This document shows positions 25,401 through 34,800 of a stretch of 64,000 bases of DNA, piece by piece (within the stretch, counting starts at the first letter, position 1; the number at the start of each line of letters is the position of its first letter). Position numbers and translations under genes: made by a program. Under the pieces are notes generated by a model. That model saw only the letters and a list, made by a program, of their open reading frames with translations, made no database searches and had not been told where the DNA came from. The DNA lies in the IMG/VR virus record IMGVR_UViG_3300046528_000074, positions 1 through 64,000 of that record. The stretch is one strand, 5' to 3'. This stretch comes from a virus (lineage: Duplodnaviria; Caudoviricetes).

Positions 25401-25970
25401 GCGCACCCACGTGGCCAGGTCGGCCGCTTTTACCATGCCGCGGCTGTCCTTGATCTCATCCATGTAGTCCAGCAGCTTCGACTGGATGCCGAGATCGTCG
25501 GCCGCGCGGCTCATGAAAATGTCGCGCTGGCCGGATAGGGCATCGTCGGCCGACTGGCCCAACTGGAAATGCTCGGCGCTGTCGTCCATGCGGGCGGCCA
25601 CGTCCTTGCGCTCCTTGCGCGCGCGCTCGTCACGCTCGGCCTGGGCGCGCTCCGTTTCGCGCTGCTTGGCCGCATTCTGCTGCTCATCCTGGCGCTGGCG
25701 CACGTCGTCGGCGCTGTACTGGTTCAACAACTGCTTGCCATCGTCCAGTTCCGGCAGGGTGCCGCCGGCCGCGACGTACTGCTGGCGCACATGGGCGATC
25801 AGCTTGGCCTGCTCGCGGCGGGCTTGCTCCAGGTGCTCCTCGACGGCGCGCGCCATCGCAGCGGACGGGTCCATGCCCTCGGCACGGTATTGGTCGGCGG
25901 CTTCGCGGATGTCGTCGACGGGAATTTTATCCTGCATATGCAGGAGCGATAGACAATGTTCAAAGGACAT
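19467..25970 (-). CDS. Giant polyvalent (probably ejected) protein with metallopeptidase and ART-PolyVal-like domains
   Basis: HESMH zincin motif (23205-23219); FKRWFGDSKVVDENGQPLVVYHGT...GFDGV...VFRPEQIKSATGNRGTF; last gene of the virion arm. Confidence 0.85.
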   Translation of the reverse strand: MSFEHCLSLLHMQDKIPVDDIREAADQYRAEGMDPSAAMARAVEEHLEQARREQAKLIAHVRQQYVAAGGTLPELDDGKQLLNQYSADDVRQRQDEQQNAAKQRETERAQAERDERARKERKDVAARMDDSAEHFQLGQSADDALSGQRDIFMSRAADDLGIQSKLLDYMDEIKDSRGMVKAADLATWVREQDAPGAEPLAHWLDVMGNADVAQSSVVKYLEHTGNQLFSIAPGFYSALARTVPGMEKIAGKDGTVKADQALAWLAARQKEGKFKADELQWSGVEDWLKAQHGRVSVAEIAQFIKHNGVQVEEVFKGNAGAGKPVADMSDAELRTYAEQREGPDYLDGFDFSDAQARQSLVNELSFGQGIGAGGKYAEYVLPGGRDYRELLLTLPTDEKAQRRRLDAINDRYSAIMDAHDGTTDMLPATSRAEIERLTQEHGRISSAPIGKPYQSSHWDEPNVVAHVRFNDRTDADGKRVLFIEELQSDWGQDGLKHGIAGAFPNDVLAAAVKGGMSESQARSDIRDLMEQPTSTDSVDRSPQWRRLIDATAGSGIDLNEAFHDRADYGVPNAPFVGDTKAWLSLGIKRMIRYAAENGYDRVAFVNGEQSADRYDLSKKVSKIEYASEASAGSGARALTVYGKGNEELINRNATPAELPDIIGKEMAERLLATEPKSLGGKAQYHVVSGDGLKVGGEGMKSFYDKIVPQTVNDVLKKLGGGRAGMIDMGAPEPENDGGQLVYGDAQQNALHTQQVGFDITPGLREKALEGMPLFSRFNPQRRQLLAAAAAAALAPRDAGTGAHLGRAEPIDPAVLSEPVAPRVEKILRDGRASGEAADNGLPTLRRALQEISLSGPKELRELAMQTERLLPMEGDMRLTIDDTANSPANGMVDLTDVPHMRLYTADGRTGLTYETVLHESMHVAVAARYHSLARAVEDGGEALGLSAPAAAHAIAQFHDVWNEFRDASASDKLTNADARMMLAEARRSPDEFFVRTLTDPVLQQYMASKRYQGRTLWARFKDWVQTSLFGREKSGVSPSWLDAALAASHDLTGAMRGDAADMRNARGEVFDSHSRAQVESPEFKRWFGDSKVVDENGQPLVVYHGTGSRADFDVFKTDSELGAHFGNSDHANYFADSVGTRVIPAYIKIENPVRLNDAGSFLSADIVPQLKEQGLLPKDFAPESKGMNFSGKREAQKIEEIKTALEKAGFDGVVYGNTQEGDGVSYIVFRPEQIKSATGNRGTFDPNDPNIMHSRHAETDLNGEPDAEEVEARKGRLARLLHTPKSMLQSAVFHLRMTAIPMDAGDVKAISMGKDFANQNRRAAAQWKAFDKVLRDNYTDGQLEKMWVAADQENDLRRDGRTSGTLGLASLSAGERKTVELLHAYGQELWNKARAAGLVDGDGVAFWTPRVAARIAEDGSAESIRQASGEFSKDAKNLRTSASSMKHRKYETTAESEAAGKAKHGDDFAYVKNIRVMPMAMAQLEKAIAGRTLVNQIRAHGKLAGDELVSTEAGPAFVTIDHPALKQWRPRMDWQPADTGMMASRGYDVRADGVYRDGERLASYRIKDGEVQKLQPLVDSDGKPVMESSPLYIRKDFAGPLKAVFTGEQNTIYRGLMNLKGAVTSVIMLSPLTHNLVIWGKAMPTMISTMGWKNNLKNSFFGIHGYVIGNRARQDHALMNELIEAGLVPVSGRGMTEDAAAIHNGIEPGRSMTAKALGAVFDVASPKAGDAARRAVDKAGEVWHEKLLWNRVADLQAGMAVMMRTSLMDKGIDQYAANRIATHFANRYAGMIPGESMSQGAHMLLNLSLFSKSFTMTNLGAYKDVVAGLPKDARAQIQTRAFELQRALGKSESEANDAAQAALSQAQVIARKKALSVLVLDVAAMTTVASIAQSLWQGQTGQQITDDFKERLAKLGMHLKDDPLSVLMHPLDSLGSLSQTADNPHGKEDRVRVGEDEQGNSYYMRLPVGKVGEEIKQYGNLTTGMHLAHNKMSTFLRPIADLTANEDFTGKRIINPDDNIVKQAAAFAAYWVKSQLPVEEMKSAAHLVGGTADHMDKLKLMGMATGLSVGRLAGGDEVAEMRYQNREQQARLRDVLPDAREAVRRGDTDKAQQMLEDAGQTPREAMRILNQIDSPDHVSASQRRKFNQHASEEERARIERMRARAGQ

Positions 25971-26232
25971 GGCGGGCGAGTTTAATCAGTATGGTTATGA
26001 TGACGTCGTCTTCTTCGTCCAGGTCGACGTCGACGGGGATTTCATATTTTTTATTTACATCATCATAATAGCTGGACAGCAGGCGCCCCGGCGAATACAC
26101 GGCCGGGCCGACCGAGCCCGATGGCTTTATGACGACGGGCGGCGCCGATGCGGCTGGCGACAGGCCCATCATGGCGATGGACCGCGCCGGGCCGCCGATG
26201 CCTTGCATGGCCACCAGGCGCGCGTCGATCAT
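25960..26232 (-). CDS. Small hypothetical protein
   Basis: Coupled on both sides; acidic then hydrophobic C-terminus. Confidence 0.65.
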   Translation of the reverse strand: MIDARLVAMQGIGGPARSIAMMGLSPAASAPPVVIKPSGSVGPAVYSPGRLLSSYYDDVNKKYEIPVDVDLDEEDDVIITILIKLARHVL

Positions 26233-26738
26233 TGCAGGGCCACCGTCACCACGCCGTTATTTTCCGTCACGGACTGCACCAGCGTGCCGGCGGCGCGCTG
26301 GCTCGGGCCGACGACGAGTGGCACGCCCGGCAGCAGGCCGTGGATCTGCGCCAGCGCCGTCAGCAGCGCGTCCTGCGTCACCGTCAGCCCCGTGCTGGAA
26401 CTGCCGCCGCCGGCGCCCGCGCTCGTGGTCGCGAACGCCAGCGCCTTGGTCTGCTGGATGAACACGCCGGCCACCGGCACGATCTCGGCCGTGATGTTGC
26501 CGGTGATCGTGTAGTTGCCGGCCATCGGGAAGCGCAGGCGCCAGCTGTTGAGGAAATCGACCGCATAGAAGTGGCCGCCGTTGCCGATGTCCAGCGCCCG
26601 GTAAGTGTGGATCGCCGGGTAGAGCATGCCGACCGGCGACGCCTCCAGCACGCGCAGCGCCTGATGGAAGGCCACGATGTCCGTAATGCTGTCGGACGAA
26701 TCGATGATCTTGTTGTTCCAGTCGGGGGTCAGGGTCAT
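26229..26738 (-). CDS. Putative virion fibre-associated protein
   Basis: Operon packing, beta-rich. Confidence 0.7.
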   Translation of the reverse strand: MTLTPDWNNKIIDSSDSITDIVAFHQALRVLEASPVGMLYPAIHTYRALDIGNGGHFYAVDFLNSWRLRFPMAGNYTITGNITAEIVPVAGVFIQQTKALAFATTSAGAGGGSSSTGLTVTQDALLTALAQIHGLLPGVPLVVGPSQRAAGTLVQSVTENNGVVTVALQ

Positions 26739-26741
26739 GGC

Positions 26742-28172
26742 TTACTGGTCGCTGGTACGGATGACGGTCAGCGATCCACCGCTGGCGCCCACGGCAAACG
26801 TCGATTCGAACGGCTGGATCACAGCGCTGTTATTGCGCACGATGACGCGCGCCGTGAACGCGGCATTGTAGAGGAACGTCACCGACTCGGACGTTGCTGC
26901 CGCCGTCTTGAACAGGAACGGCGCGAAGGCCGGCGCATTGGCCGCCAGGGCGACACCGGTAGCAGTGCCCAGCGTGAACACGCTGCCGGCCCGGCTCGTG
27001 TAGGCGAATGCATTGCCGGCCACGATGATCGTGCCAGACGAGGGCGTATCGGGGGAAATCGTCTGGTTGATCGAAATCGTCGTGGCGCTCGAGCTGTGCG
27101 CGCCGTTCAGCGTGTATTCGGCCTGGTTGATGCCGGTCCCCGTATCGCGCCCGACCACGAGCGAGTCGCCGGCCACCAGGTTCGAGATCGTGATGCCGAT
27201 GATGTTCGGCGGCGTCTGCGTCGAGCCGTCGGCGGCCGTCAGCTGGTAGTTCTGCGATTCGGCCGGCAGCACGCCGGTCAGCTTCCAGCCGCGGGCCAGG
27301 ATCCACTTGCCCGCCGAGAACGTGCCCATCGGCGCCGCATCGTTTGGCGTGTAGGCATTCAGCGCGCGGAAGCGCCAGCCCTCGATGCCGTTGATCGTGA
27401 CGCCCGATGATTCGGAACAAATCGCCTGGCAATACTGGTAAGCCTCCTGCAGCGTGCACCCGTTCTGCAGCGCAATGGTAGCGTCGTAATTCTTCGAGCC
27501 GTTGCCGTTGCCCAGGTCCAGCGTGGTCGCGCCCACCGTGATGACGACCTTGGGCGTGCCACCGGTGCCCAGCGCGAGCGCATTGGCCAGCGTCAGCGCG
27601 ATGGCGCTATCGGAAGCCACCGATAATGCGGCCGGGTTCTCGCCGCCGGCGGTCAGGTCGACGTCGAACGCGGAGAAGGAATTACCCCACTGGCGCGAAA
27701 ACACGGTGGCCGTGCCGCCACCGATGAAGGCGCCCGCATCCTTGGCCTTGACCATGATCTGGATGTGGCCGTTGGCCCAATACTTGGACAGCTTGGCACT
27801 GTTCTGCACCACGTAAATCGAACTGCCGGCGATGATCGAGCCGATCGACTTGATGCCGGCATACATCGTGTTGCCGCTGGACTGCTTGATCGAACCCTTG
27901 TTGATGAACTGGACGACGGTGTCATCGATGTTGAAACCGTTGATCAGGTTCAGGCGCGAGGCGATGGCGGCATCGCGTGGCCCATCCAGCTTGGATGGGT
28001 TGCTCGACAGGATGGACACGAGGTCATCGCTGCTTTGCGCCAGGTTGTCGGCCAGGTCCTGCAGCCAGGTGTGCAGGTCGAGGACCGGATATACGTTCGT
28101 CGTGGCCGGCGAAGCTGCCCGCCGGATGTTGCCAGATGCATCGATCTGGAAGTCTGCCGCATTAATCGTCAT
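26742..28172 (-). CDS. Putative virion structural/fibre protein
   Basis: G/T/S/A-rich beta protein; YPVLDLHTWLQDLAD N-terminus. Confidence 0.75.
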   Translation of the reverse strand: MTINAADFQIDASGNIRRAASPATTNVYPVLDLHTWLQDLADNLAQSSDDLVSILSSNPSKLDGPRDAAIASRLNLINGFNIDDTVVQFINKGSIKQSSGNTMYAGIKSIGSIIAGSSIYVVQNSAKLSKYWANGHIQIMVKAKDAGAFIGGGTATVFSRQWGNSFSAFDVDLTAGGENPAALSVASDSAIALTLANALALGTGGTPKVVITVGATTLDLGNGNGSKNYDATIALQNGCTLQEAYQYCQAICSESSGVTINGIEGWRFRALNAYTPNDAAPMGTFSAGKWILARGWKLTGVLPAESQNYQLTAADGSTQTPPNIIGITISNLVAGDSLVVGRDTGTGINQAEYTLNGAHSSSATTISINQTISPDTPSSGTIIVAGNAFAYTSRAGSVFTLGTATGVALAANAPAFAPFLFKTAAATSESVTFLYNAAFTARVIVRNNSAVIQPFESTFAVGASGGSLTVIRTSDQ

Positions 28173-28174
28173 GC

Positions 28175-28579
28175 TTATTCGTCGGAGAGTTGGTTAATAA
28201 ACAAGGATTGCGGGCTGAGTGATGCGCTGGCCTGCGTCTCGTAGGGCTGGTAATACGGCGATGCGCTGCCCTTGCGCACCTTGATCTTGAGCGCGTTGCG
28301 CGGGTTGCCGGACTGGTAGACCGGGATCGACATGCTGACGGTGGACGAACTGGCCGTGCCCGATGCGGCCACGTCGCCGACACCGTTTTCGACGTCATAG
28401 GTCGAGCCCACTACCACGTTGGTGAGGGTCAGCGTCATGCTGCCGATCGGGTCGGTGGGCAACGCCTGGCGCTCGATCGCATGGCCGAAGTGGACTGACA
28501 TCCTGGCATTGCTGGACGAGACTTCAATCGTCCCGCCGCTGACGCCGCGCGCGTTGAGGAACATGGCGCTGGCCATCAA
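28175..28579 (-). CDS. Small beta-sandwich virion protein
   Basis: LTLTNVVVGS...IKVRKGS..PYYQP resembles the C-terminus of 26742-28172. Confidence 0.7.
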   Translation of the reverse strand: MMASAMFLNARGVSGGTIEVSSSNARMSVHFGHAIERQALPTDPIGSMTLTLTNVVVGSTYDVENGVGDVAASGTASSSTVSMSIPVYQSGNPRNALKIKVRKGSASPYYQPYETQASASLSPQSLFINQLSDE

Positions 28580-30564
28580 ATGACCTTCAATTCTGGATCG
28601 ATGAGCGTGCCCAGCGTCGTGTTCGCCACGGCCGTGTGCATGCGCACATAGATCGACACTTCGCAGCCGCTGGCCATGTCCGGGCAGGTGAGGCTGATCT
28701 GTTTCTTGGTGAAGTTCTGGCCGCTATAGGTCACAAAACCGCCCGACTCGCTCGACCAGGTGGAAGTCGTATCGGCCGTCAGACTGGCCGTGTTCGACGG
28801 ATCGAGCGAGTCGACATAGCGCTGCGCGCCCGTGCTGTCCAGGTAAGTGACCATGAAGCTGATGTCGCCCAGCGTCCAGGACAGGGTCGATTCGATCGCC
28901 ATGTTCAGCGTGACGGTGCGGTCGGCCGTGGCCAGCGTGTTGATCTTGTTGATGGCGGGCAGTTCGAACGGCGATGACTTGGACAGCATGGCGCTGCTGT
29001 TGGCCGGGATGGCGTAGATCGACCAGGGCGTCGTGCCGTCATACAGGCGCGCCGATGCTGTTGGGTAGCCCTTGGCCGAATTCCACTCGCAAAAGCCGTT
29101 GCGCCGGTCGACGAAGAAGTCGCGCGCGCCGTACTTGGTTTCGGCGGTAAAGCAATCGACGTTGATCAGGTTGCTGCCGGCCGTGGCCAGGTTCGGGCCG
29201 CGGTTCTTGATCAGGCCGAAATCGCAGTTCCTGAAGGACAGGTCGCCGCCGGCCACGATATTGCCCGACGCCAGCAGCGTCGACGTGGAAGTAAAGCCGA
29301 TGAATTTGCAGTCGCTGAACTTGGCCACGATGTTGCTGCCGCCGGCCGATGGCAGCAGCACCTGCGTCATCGCGGTAGTGCAATCGTTCACCACGAAATC
29401 GTGCGCCTCGAGGCTGTAGTAGGCCGAGCCGTTGACGTTGGCATAGACGAAGGCGGCGCTGCCGCTGTTGTTGTCGCGGGCATAGACCTGGCGGCAGCCG
29501 ACCAGGCGCGTGCGCACCTGGGCATTCGTGCCCGTCTTCACGGCCAGCACGCTGATGCAAGTGGACGTCAGCGAATTGCCTGGACAATCCATCAGCAGGG
29601 CTTCCCACGTCATCGGCGTGTTGCCGATGAATACCTGGAAACCCGCCAGCGACGTGCCCGTGGCGCTGCCTTCCATCACCAGGTTGCGCTGGCCTGACGC
29701 ATAACGCTTGCCCCGGATATGGGCATACGTTGTGGTCAGCCCGGCAAACATGATGTTGGAGTTGTTACCCGTCCAGGTGCACGCCATCTTGAATACGGGC
29801 GTCGTGCCATCGGCGGGCCATACCGTGCCATCGTCGATCTCGAACATGACCGGCTGCGTGGCCGAGCCCATGGCCGCCAGCGTGATGGTCGTGTTGGTAT
29901 TGCCTGCGAACTGCAAGGTCTTGGCCGAACGCACCTTGACGCGGTCGCCCAGGTCCATGAGGCCGGCCATCGGCTTGTTGGCGCCCCAGCAGCCATATTG
30001 ACCGATGCCGAAGGCGGAACGCCCGAAGGTCGCCAGATGATTGACCAGGTAGCCCCAGGCGCCGCCCGCGCCGCCCGTGAACTGGTTGTTCAGGGTACCG
30101 CCCGTCAGGCCGCTGGAGACGACGGCGAAAAACGATGTGCTGTTGAAAGCGGCCGAGCCCGCGCGCGTCTGGATGTTCAGGGTTGCGCCGCTGGACGTTG
30201 CGTACAGCAGGTCCTGCAGCTTCGATGCCACCCAGCCCAGCAGCGGATTCGATGCGCCCGTGGTCGTGATCGTATTCGTGTTCGTGGTCTGGTTGATCGC
30301 GCTGGCCAGGTTGGCGGCCAGGGTCGCGCCGCTGCCGGCGTTGAACTGGTTCGCGCCCGCGCCGGACGCCACGCAGGTCAGCAGGGCGCCGCCGATCGTC
30401 ACCGTGTTGCCGGCCGCCGCCGTGTAGGCGGTCAGGTCGATGGCGACGGTGGCGACTGTCGCCGCGCCGATGGCGCTGCCGTCGCCTTCCTGGCAGACGC
30501 CTGCGCCGGGCGTGGCGCTCCATGCCGCATACAGGCCATGATCGAGGTATTTAGTTGCCGCCAT
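28576..30564 (-). CDS. Putative fibre/spike protein with beta-helix-like region
   Basis: G/A/T/S-rich; FSDCKF and FRNCDF turns. Confidence 0.7.
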   Translation of the reverse strand: MAATKYLDHGLYAAWSATPGAGVCQEGDGSAIGAATVATVAIDLTAYTAAAGNTVTIGGALLTCVASGAGANQFNAGSGATLAANLASAINQTTNTNTITTTGASNPLLGWVASKLQDLLYATSSGATLNIQTRAGSAAFNSTSFFAVVSSGLTGGTLNNQFTGGAGGAWGYLVNHLATFGRSAFGIGQYGCWGANKPMAGLMDLGDRVKVRSAKTLQFAGNTNTTITLAAMGSATQPVMFEIDDGTVWPADGTTPVFKMACTWTGNNSNIMFAGLTTTYAHIRGKRYASGQRNLVMEGSATGTSLAGFQVFIGNTPMTWEALLMDCPGNSLTSTCISVLAVKTGTNAQVRTRLVGCRQVYARDNNSGSAAFVYANVNGSAYYSLEAHDFVVNDCTTAMTQVLLPSAGGSNIVAKFSDCKFIGFTSTSTLLASGNIVAGGDLSFRNCDFGLIKNRGPNLATAGSNLINVDCFTAETKYGARDFFVDRRNGFCEWNSAKGYPTASARLYDGTTPWSIYAIPANSSAMLSKSSPFELPAINKINTLATADRTVTLNMAIESTLSWTLGDISFMVTYLDSTGAQRYVDSLDPSNTASLTADTTSTWSSESGGFVTYSGQNFTKKQISLTCPDMASGCEVSIYVRMHTAVANTTLGTLIDPELKVI

Positions 30565-30997
30565 TAATCGCTGCTCCGTACGTCACCATCAGGGCGACTT
30601 GCTCCATGTGGGACACTGGCGTGCCGAGGATGCCGGCCTTCAGTTGGTCCGTGCACAAGCCCTTGCCGATCAGGGCGTCGATCGCCTTGCCCACATCGGA
30701 GCGGCGCAGGTCCACCCATTTGCGCGACTGCACATCCTTGACAATGGCCGTCACGGTCGAATCAGCGCTGGCCAGGATCGGCAGCTTGTAGGTATCGAAG
30801 CGGTCGAAGAACGGCCCGATGTCCATCAGCCATTTCGTGGCGAGGTCGCCCGCCTGCGGCAGCGTCGGATCGAGCTGGCTCTGCGCCACGTGGTCGTACC
30901 GGTCCAGCGGATAGGCTTCGGTGTTGGATACCTGGATGGCGCCGTAGGCATACACCTGGGCGCCGGTTGTTTTGTCGTAGACGTAGTAAGTTGTCAT
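30551..30997 (-). CDS. Putative fibre assembly chaperone
   Basis: FFDRF...WVDL...L..KGL...IL pattern seen in tail-fibre-adjacent proteins. Confidence 0.55.
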   Translation of the reverse strand: MTTYYVYDKTTGAQVYAYGAIQVSNTEAYPLDRYDHVAQSQLDPTLPQAGDLATKWLMDIGPFFDRFDTYKLPILASADSTVTAIVKDVQSRKWVDLRRSDVGKAIDALIGKGLCTDQLKAGILGTPVSHMEQVALMVTYGAAINGGN

Positions 30998-30998
30998 G

Positions 30999-31496
30999 TT
31001 ATTTTCTGACTTGCAGGCGAAGCGGGCCGACCATCGTGGTCAGTTCGCCGGGGGAGATCATGCGGCTGTGCTCTGGCCAGCCGGCCATCTCGTAAATCTC
31101 GACCGAGCCGCCGGAACAAACGATGATCTGGCGCCAGTGGATGAACGACTTGATGCCAAGGAAGCACTTCAGGCCGATCACAAGGAAGGCCAGGAACCCG
31201 TAGCTGATCGGGCTTGCGAGCCAGTCGAAGATGGCGCCTTCGATCCGTTCGGGCGCCACGCCCGGCGGCGCCTCGAACACATCGAAATTTTTCAGTTGCG
31301 ACATGGCGTGCAGGGCATTGCGCCCGGAATTCAGGTCGGCCATGAACAGGCGTTCGCCCAGCCATATCGCCACGCCCGTGTGCGTGTACGGGCTGCGAGT
31401 AAAAAACCGCGTCATCGTGCCCAGGATGTTGTGCACATCCCGTACGGCGATCAGGTCGCCAGTCTTGACCTGGCCGCGTGCCGCTGCATAATCCAT
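30999..31496 (-). CDS. Permuted papain-like NlpC/P60 (YiiX-like) hydrolase
   Basis: TGDLI...TRSPYTHTGV...YGF...VCSG...P; His precedes Cys. Confidence 0.75.
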   Translation of the reverse strand: MDYAAARGQVKTGDLIAVRDVHNILGTMTRFFTRSPYTHTGVAIWLGERLFMADLNSGRNALHAMSQLKNFDVFEAPPGVAPERIEGAIFDWLASPISYGFLAFLVIGLKCFLGIKSFIHWRQIIVCSGGSVEIYEMAGWPEHSRMISPGELTTMVGPLRLQVRK

Positions 31497-31526
31497 GCGT
31501 TGATCTTCCCTTCGTGTGATGATTCG

Positions 31527-31555
31527 ATCCTATCAGTTAGCTTGACTGATGGAAA
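31527..31555 (-). promoter_or_regulatory. Candidate internal promoter with operator
   Basis: TTTCCA-17bp-TAGGAT with extended TG; ATCAGT-N7-ACTGAT palindrome in an AT-rich gap. Confidence 0.5.
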
Positions 31556-31576
31556 TTGTTTTGATGCAATTGCGGC

Positions 31577-31861
31577 CTACTCGTCACTGGTGACGGTGAT
31601 GACGATGCGGGTCGCGCGGCCGGCCTCGTCGCGCAGGATGTCGGCTTCCATCGTGCGCGGGCGCTGCTGGATGGCCCGCAGGATGGCCGCGTTGCTGTCG
31701 CGCTGTTGGGCGGCGATCTCGAGCACGGCCTGGGCCAGCTTGCTGACGTCGACCTGCGGCACGACGGGCATCGACGACACGGGCGCGGGCGGCGCGGCGG
31801 GGCGCGCGCGGCGCTCGCCGGTCAGGTCGCCCAGCTGATCGGAATTTTTGACTTTCAGCAT
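31577..31861 (-). CDS. Hypothetical protein
   Basis: AAGG RBS; follows large ejection gene. Confidence 0.65.
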   Translation of the reverse strand: MLKVKNSDQLGDLTGERRARPAAPPAPVSSMPVVPQVDVSKLAQAVLEIAAQQRDSNAAILRAIQQRPRTMEADILRDEAGRATRIVITVTSDE

Positions 31862-31865
31862 GGGG

Positions 31866-34800
31866 TCAGCCTTTCATGCACTTGAGCATGGCTTCGAGGT
31901 TCGAGATGTCGTCGCGCAGCGAGCGCAGAGCCTTGTCGGCGGGGACCTTGACGGTTTCCCAGCGGCCCTCATCCTCGACGAACACTTCGTGGTCGACCTT
32001 CAGCTTCTTGAGGAAGGTATGCGGCACGCCCTCGGCCAGCGGGGCCGGCTTGGGTTTGCGCTTCGCCTCCAGCTTGGCCTTGTCGGAATTGAGGGCAGCA
32101 TCGCCGTTGACCTGCTTGCCTTCCTCTTCCCAGTCCCAGCCGCGGCGATCCGCGATGCGGCGCGCGGCCTGCGTGCTTTCCAGGTCCGGGTGTCCGTTGG
32201 CGCGGGCAATCGTTTGCTCGCGGGATGATGGCGGGCGGATCTCGCCGGCGGCCACCTTGGCGGCGTACTCCTCGCGCAACTGCGTGCGGCGCTGCGCCAG
32301 CGCGGAATCCTTGGCGGATTGCGCTTCGATCGATCGCTTCTTGTGCGCTGCGCTGACGTTCGACGAGGACATATGCAGCGTCGCATCGCCGAAGTCCTGG
32401 CGGCTTGCGCCATTCCTGGCCAGGTAGGATTCCTCGTCCATCACGACGGGTTCACGCTTCGCGCCGTGCGCGACGCGTTCATCGCCAGGGTTCGGGTCTT
32501 CGCCGCGCTCCAGGGCCTCGCGCGCCTGGCGCGACTTGACCTCTGCCCAGCGCTGGCCATCGCGTGACAGCTTCCAGGCGTCACCCTCCTTGCGGTACTC
32601 GATGCCGCGGAACGTCAGGCTGCTGCCTGCTCCTTCGCCCGCTCCTGCAGTTCCTTCAGCACCTTGGCGCGCATGGCTGGCGGCAGCGCCTTCAGTTTCG
32701 CCGCGATCTGCTCGCGCGCCTTCTGCTTGTCGGATTCCGAAAATTGCATCTATGTCCTCATCGGTCAGGTGGCCATCGGGCGCGCGGCCGTCCAGCGGGA
32801 TGTCGGCGTCGATGTCGCCGACGGCTTTTACTTCCTCGGGCGTGAACTCGTCGGCGTGGCGCGCGACCTGCTCCTGCTCGATGATGCTGTCCGCGCCCGT
32901 GCGCGCGCGGCGCTCCTCCTCGGCGCGGTGCGCTACTGCTACCTCATCATATAACTGGTCCTGGCTCTTGCCGTCGGCATCGATCCCCAGTCGCGCGGCC
33001 TCGGCCTGCAGGCGCTGCTCGGCGCCCGGCTGCGCATGCTCGACGTCCTGCGGGTGCGCGATGACTTCCTTGCGCGCGAGCGCGCGCTGGATCATCTCGG
33101 CCAGCTTGCGCGTGCCGCCGGTATCCGTCGAACTCTCGATGTCATGGTCGGTCAGGAAGCCACGATCGCGCGCCAGCAGCGCCAGCTCGTCCAGGCGCTT
33201 GCCGGACTTGCGCAGCACGGGACCGAAGCCGGGCACCATGCGATTTCCATTGCGACCTTCTTCCAGGCCGACGTCGGCGCGGTCGGCGGGCGACACGCCA
33301 TGATCCGCCAGGAAGTGCAGGAACGGGTCGGCAGCCTTGACGCGCTCGCGCATGCGCTGGCCCTGGCTCGACTTGGCCGTGGCGGCTGGGTCCTTCGTCG
33401 GCGCCTGTGCGGCGGCTTCCTTCTCGGCTTGCCGGCGCGCGATGTTCTCGGCGGCCTGGCGCACAGCCTCGTCCTGGCGCTGGTGCTTTTCACGCGCGGC
33501 GTCCAGGTGATTCTCCGGGGGTGCTGACGTCCCTTCCGGCTTCCATCCGTTTTCAGTTTCAGCATCAAAATGAACGGCATAGGTCTTGCTGTCGCCCGGG
33601 AATCGTGCGCGTCCCAGCTTGCCATCAGGAGACACAGAGTCAATCGTATAGCTGCCTTTGCCGTCCTTGCTGACCCATTTTTCCCCGGTCTTAAATCCAG
33701 TTGGCGCAGCGGGGGCGGCGGGTTCTGCGGGGGCGGCCGGCTCGGGGGCGCCCTCGGCGGTCGTCGCGCTCGGGAACTCCTTCACGGTGCCCAGCAGATC
33801 GCGGATCGGCGCGTTCAGGCGGATCGCTTTCACGGGTTCGCCCTTCTCGACAGCTGCCAGCCACTGGTGATGCCCGTCCAGCACATGGCCATCGCTCGAC
33901 ACGAGAATGGAGCGCTCGCCGCCGTCATGCTCGTGCGCCTTCTGCACCTTGTCCATGCTGAATTCGGCCTGCGTCGGCTTCAGGCTGGCGGCCGGGACCT
34001 CAACGTGCTCGTGCGCGATGCCGCGCGCATTCAGGAAGTTGACAAGCGCACCACGATGTTCGGCCTTGATCTGCGGCATCTCGGCGCGCGGGATGCCCAG
34101 CGTGTTCGTCTCGTGCGGGAACGTGTACCAGTTGCCGCTCTTGTCGGTCGGGCGCGAGAACTCGTCGGTCAGCGTCGGAATGTCCGTGCGCAGATGGTCG
34201 ACAGGGTCCGTCAGCGTCGGGATGGTCGGATCATTCGCGCGGCGCCAGGCGCTTTCGACCTGCCGCATATCGGGCGCCATCGCGAACCGAGTTTCGCCAT
34301 CAGGGCCCGTGACGCGCCGGTACTCGGCGCCCAGTTGCGTCGGCGCGCCGTCGGTGGGCACGCTAGGGATACCATCATTGGCCAGCGCAAAGCCGGTCGT
34401 GCCGTCGGGGTTCGTGACGCGCGCATACTTGGCACCCACCTGGGCGAGCTCGCCGGTGGCCGGCGAATCCAGCATGCCGGACGATTGCTCGAGCGGGCGG
34501 ATGCCTTGCAGGATGCTGGCAACGTCAGCGCCGCCGGTCGGCGCACTCACGGCAGCCGATGCCGCGGCGATCGCATCATCGACGTTGGCGGCTTTGCTGA
34601 TCTGCTCGACCAGTTGCTGCTGACGGCGCTCCTGCGCGGCGTGGTCCAGCACGGCAGCGCCGGCGCCGGCAACCATGTGGGCGCCGCGCATGGCGCCGAA
34701 GCCGGCCGCCTGCACGGCCATGTCTTCCGCATCCAGCCATGGCCGGTCGTTCTTGTAGCCGAAGGCGGCATCCGTGCCCTTGTCCAGCACGCTGTTCGCC

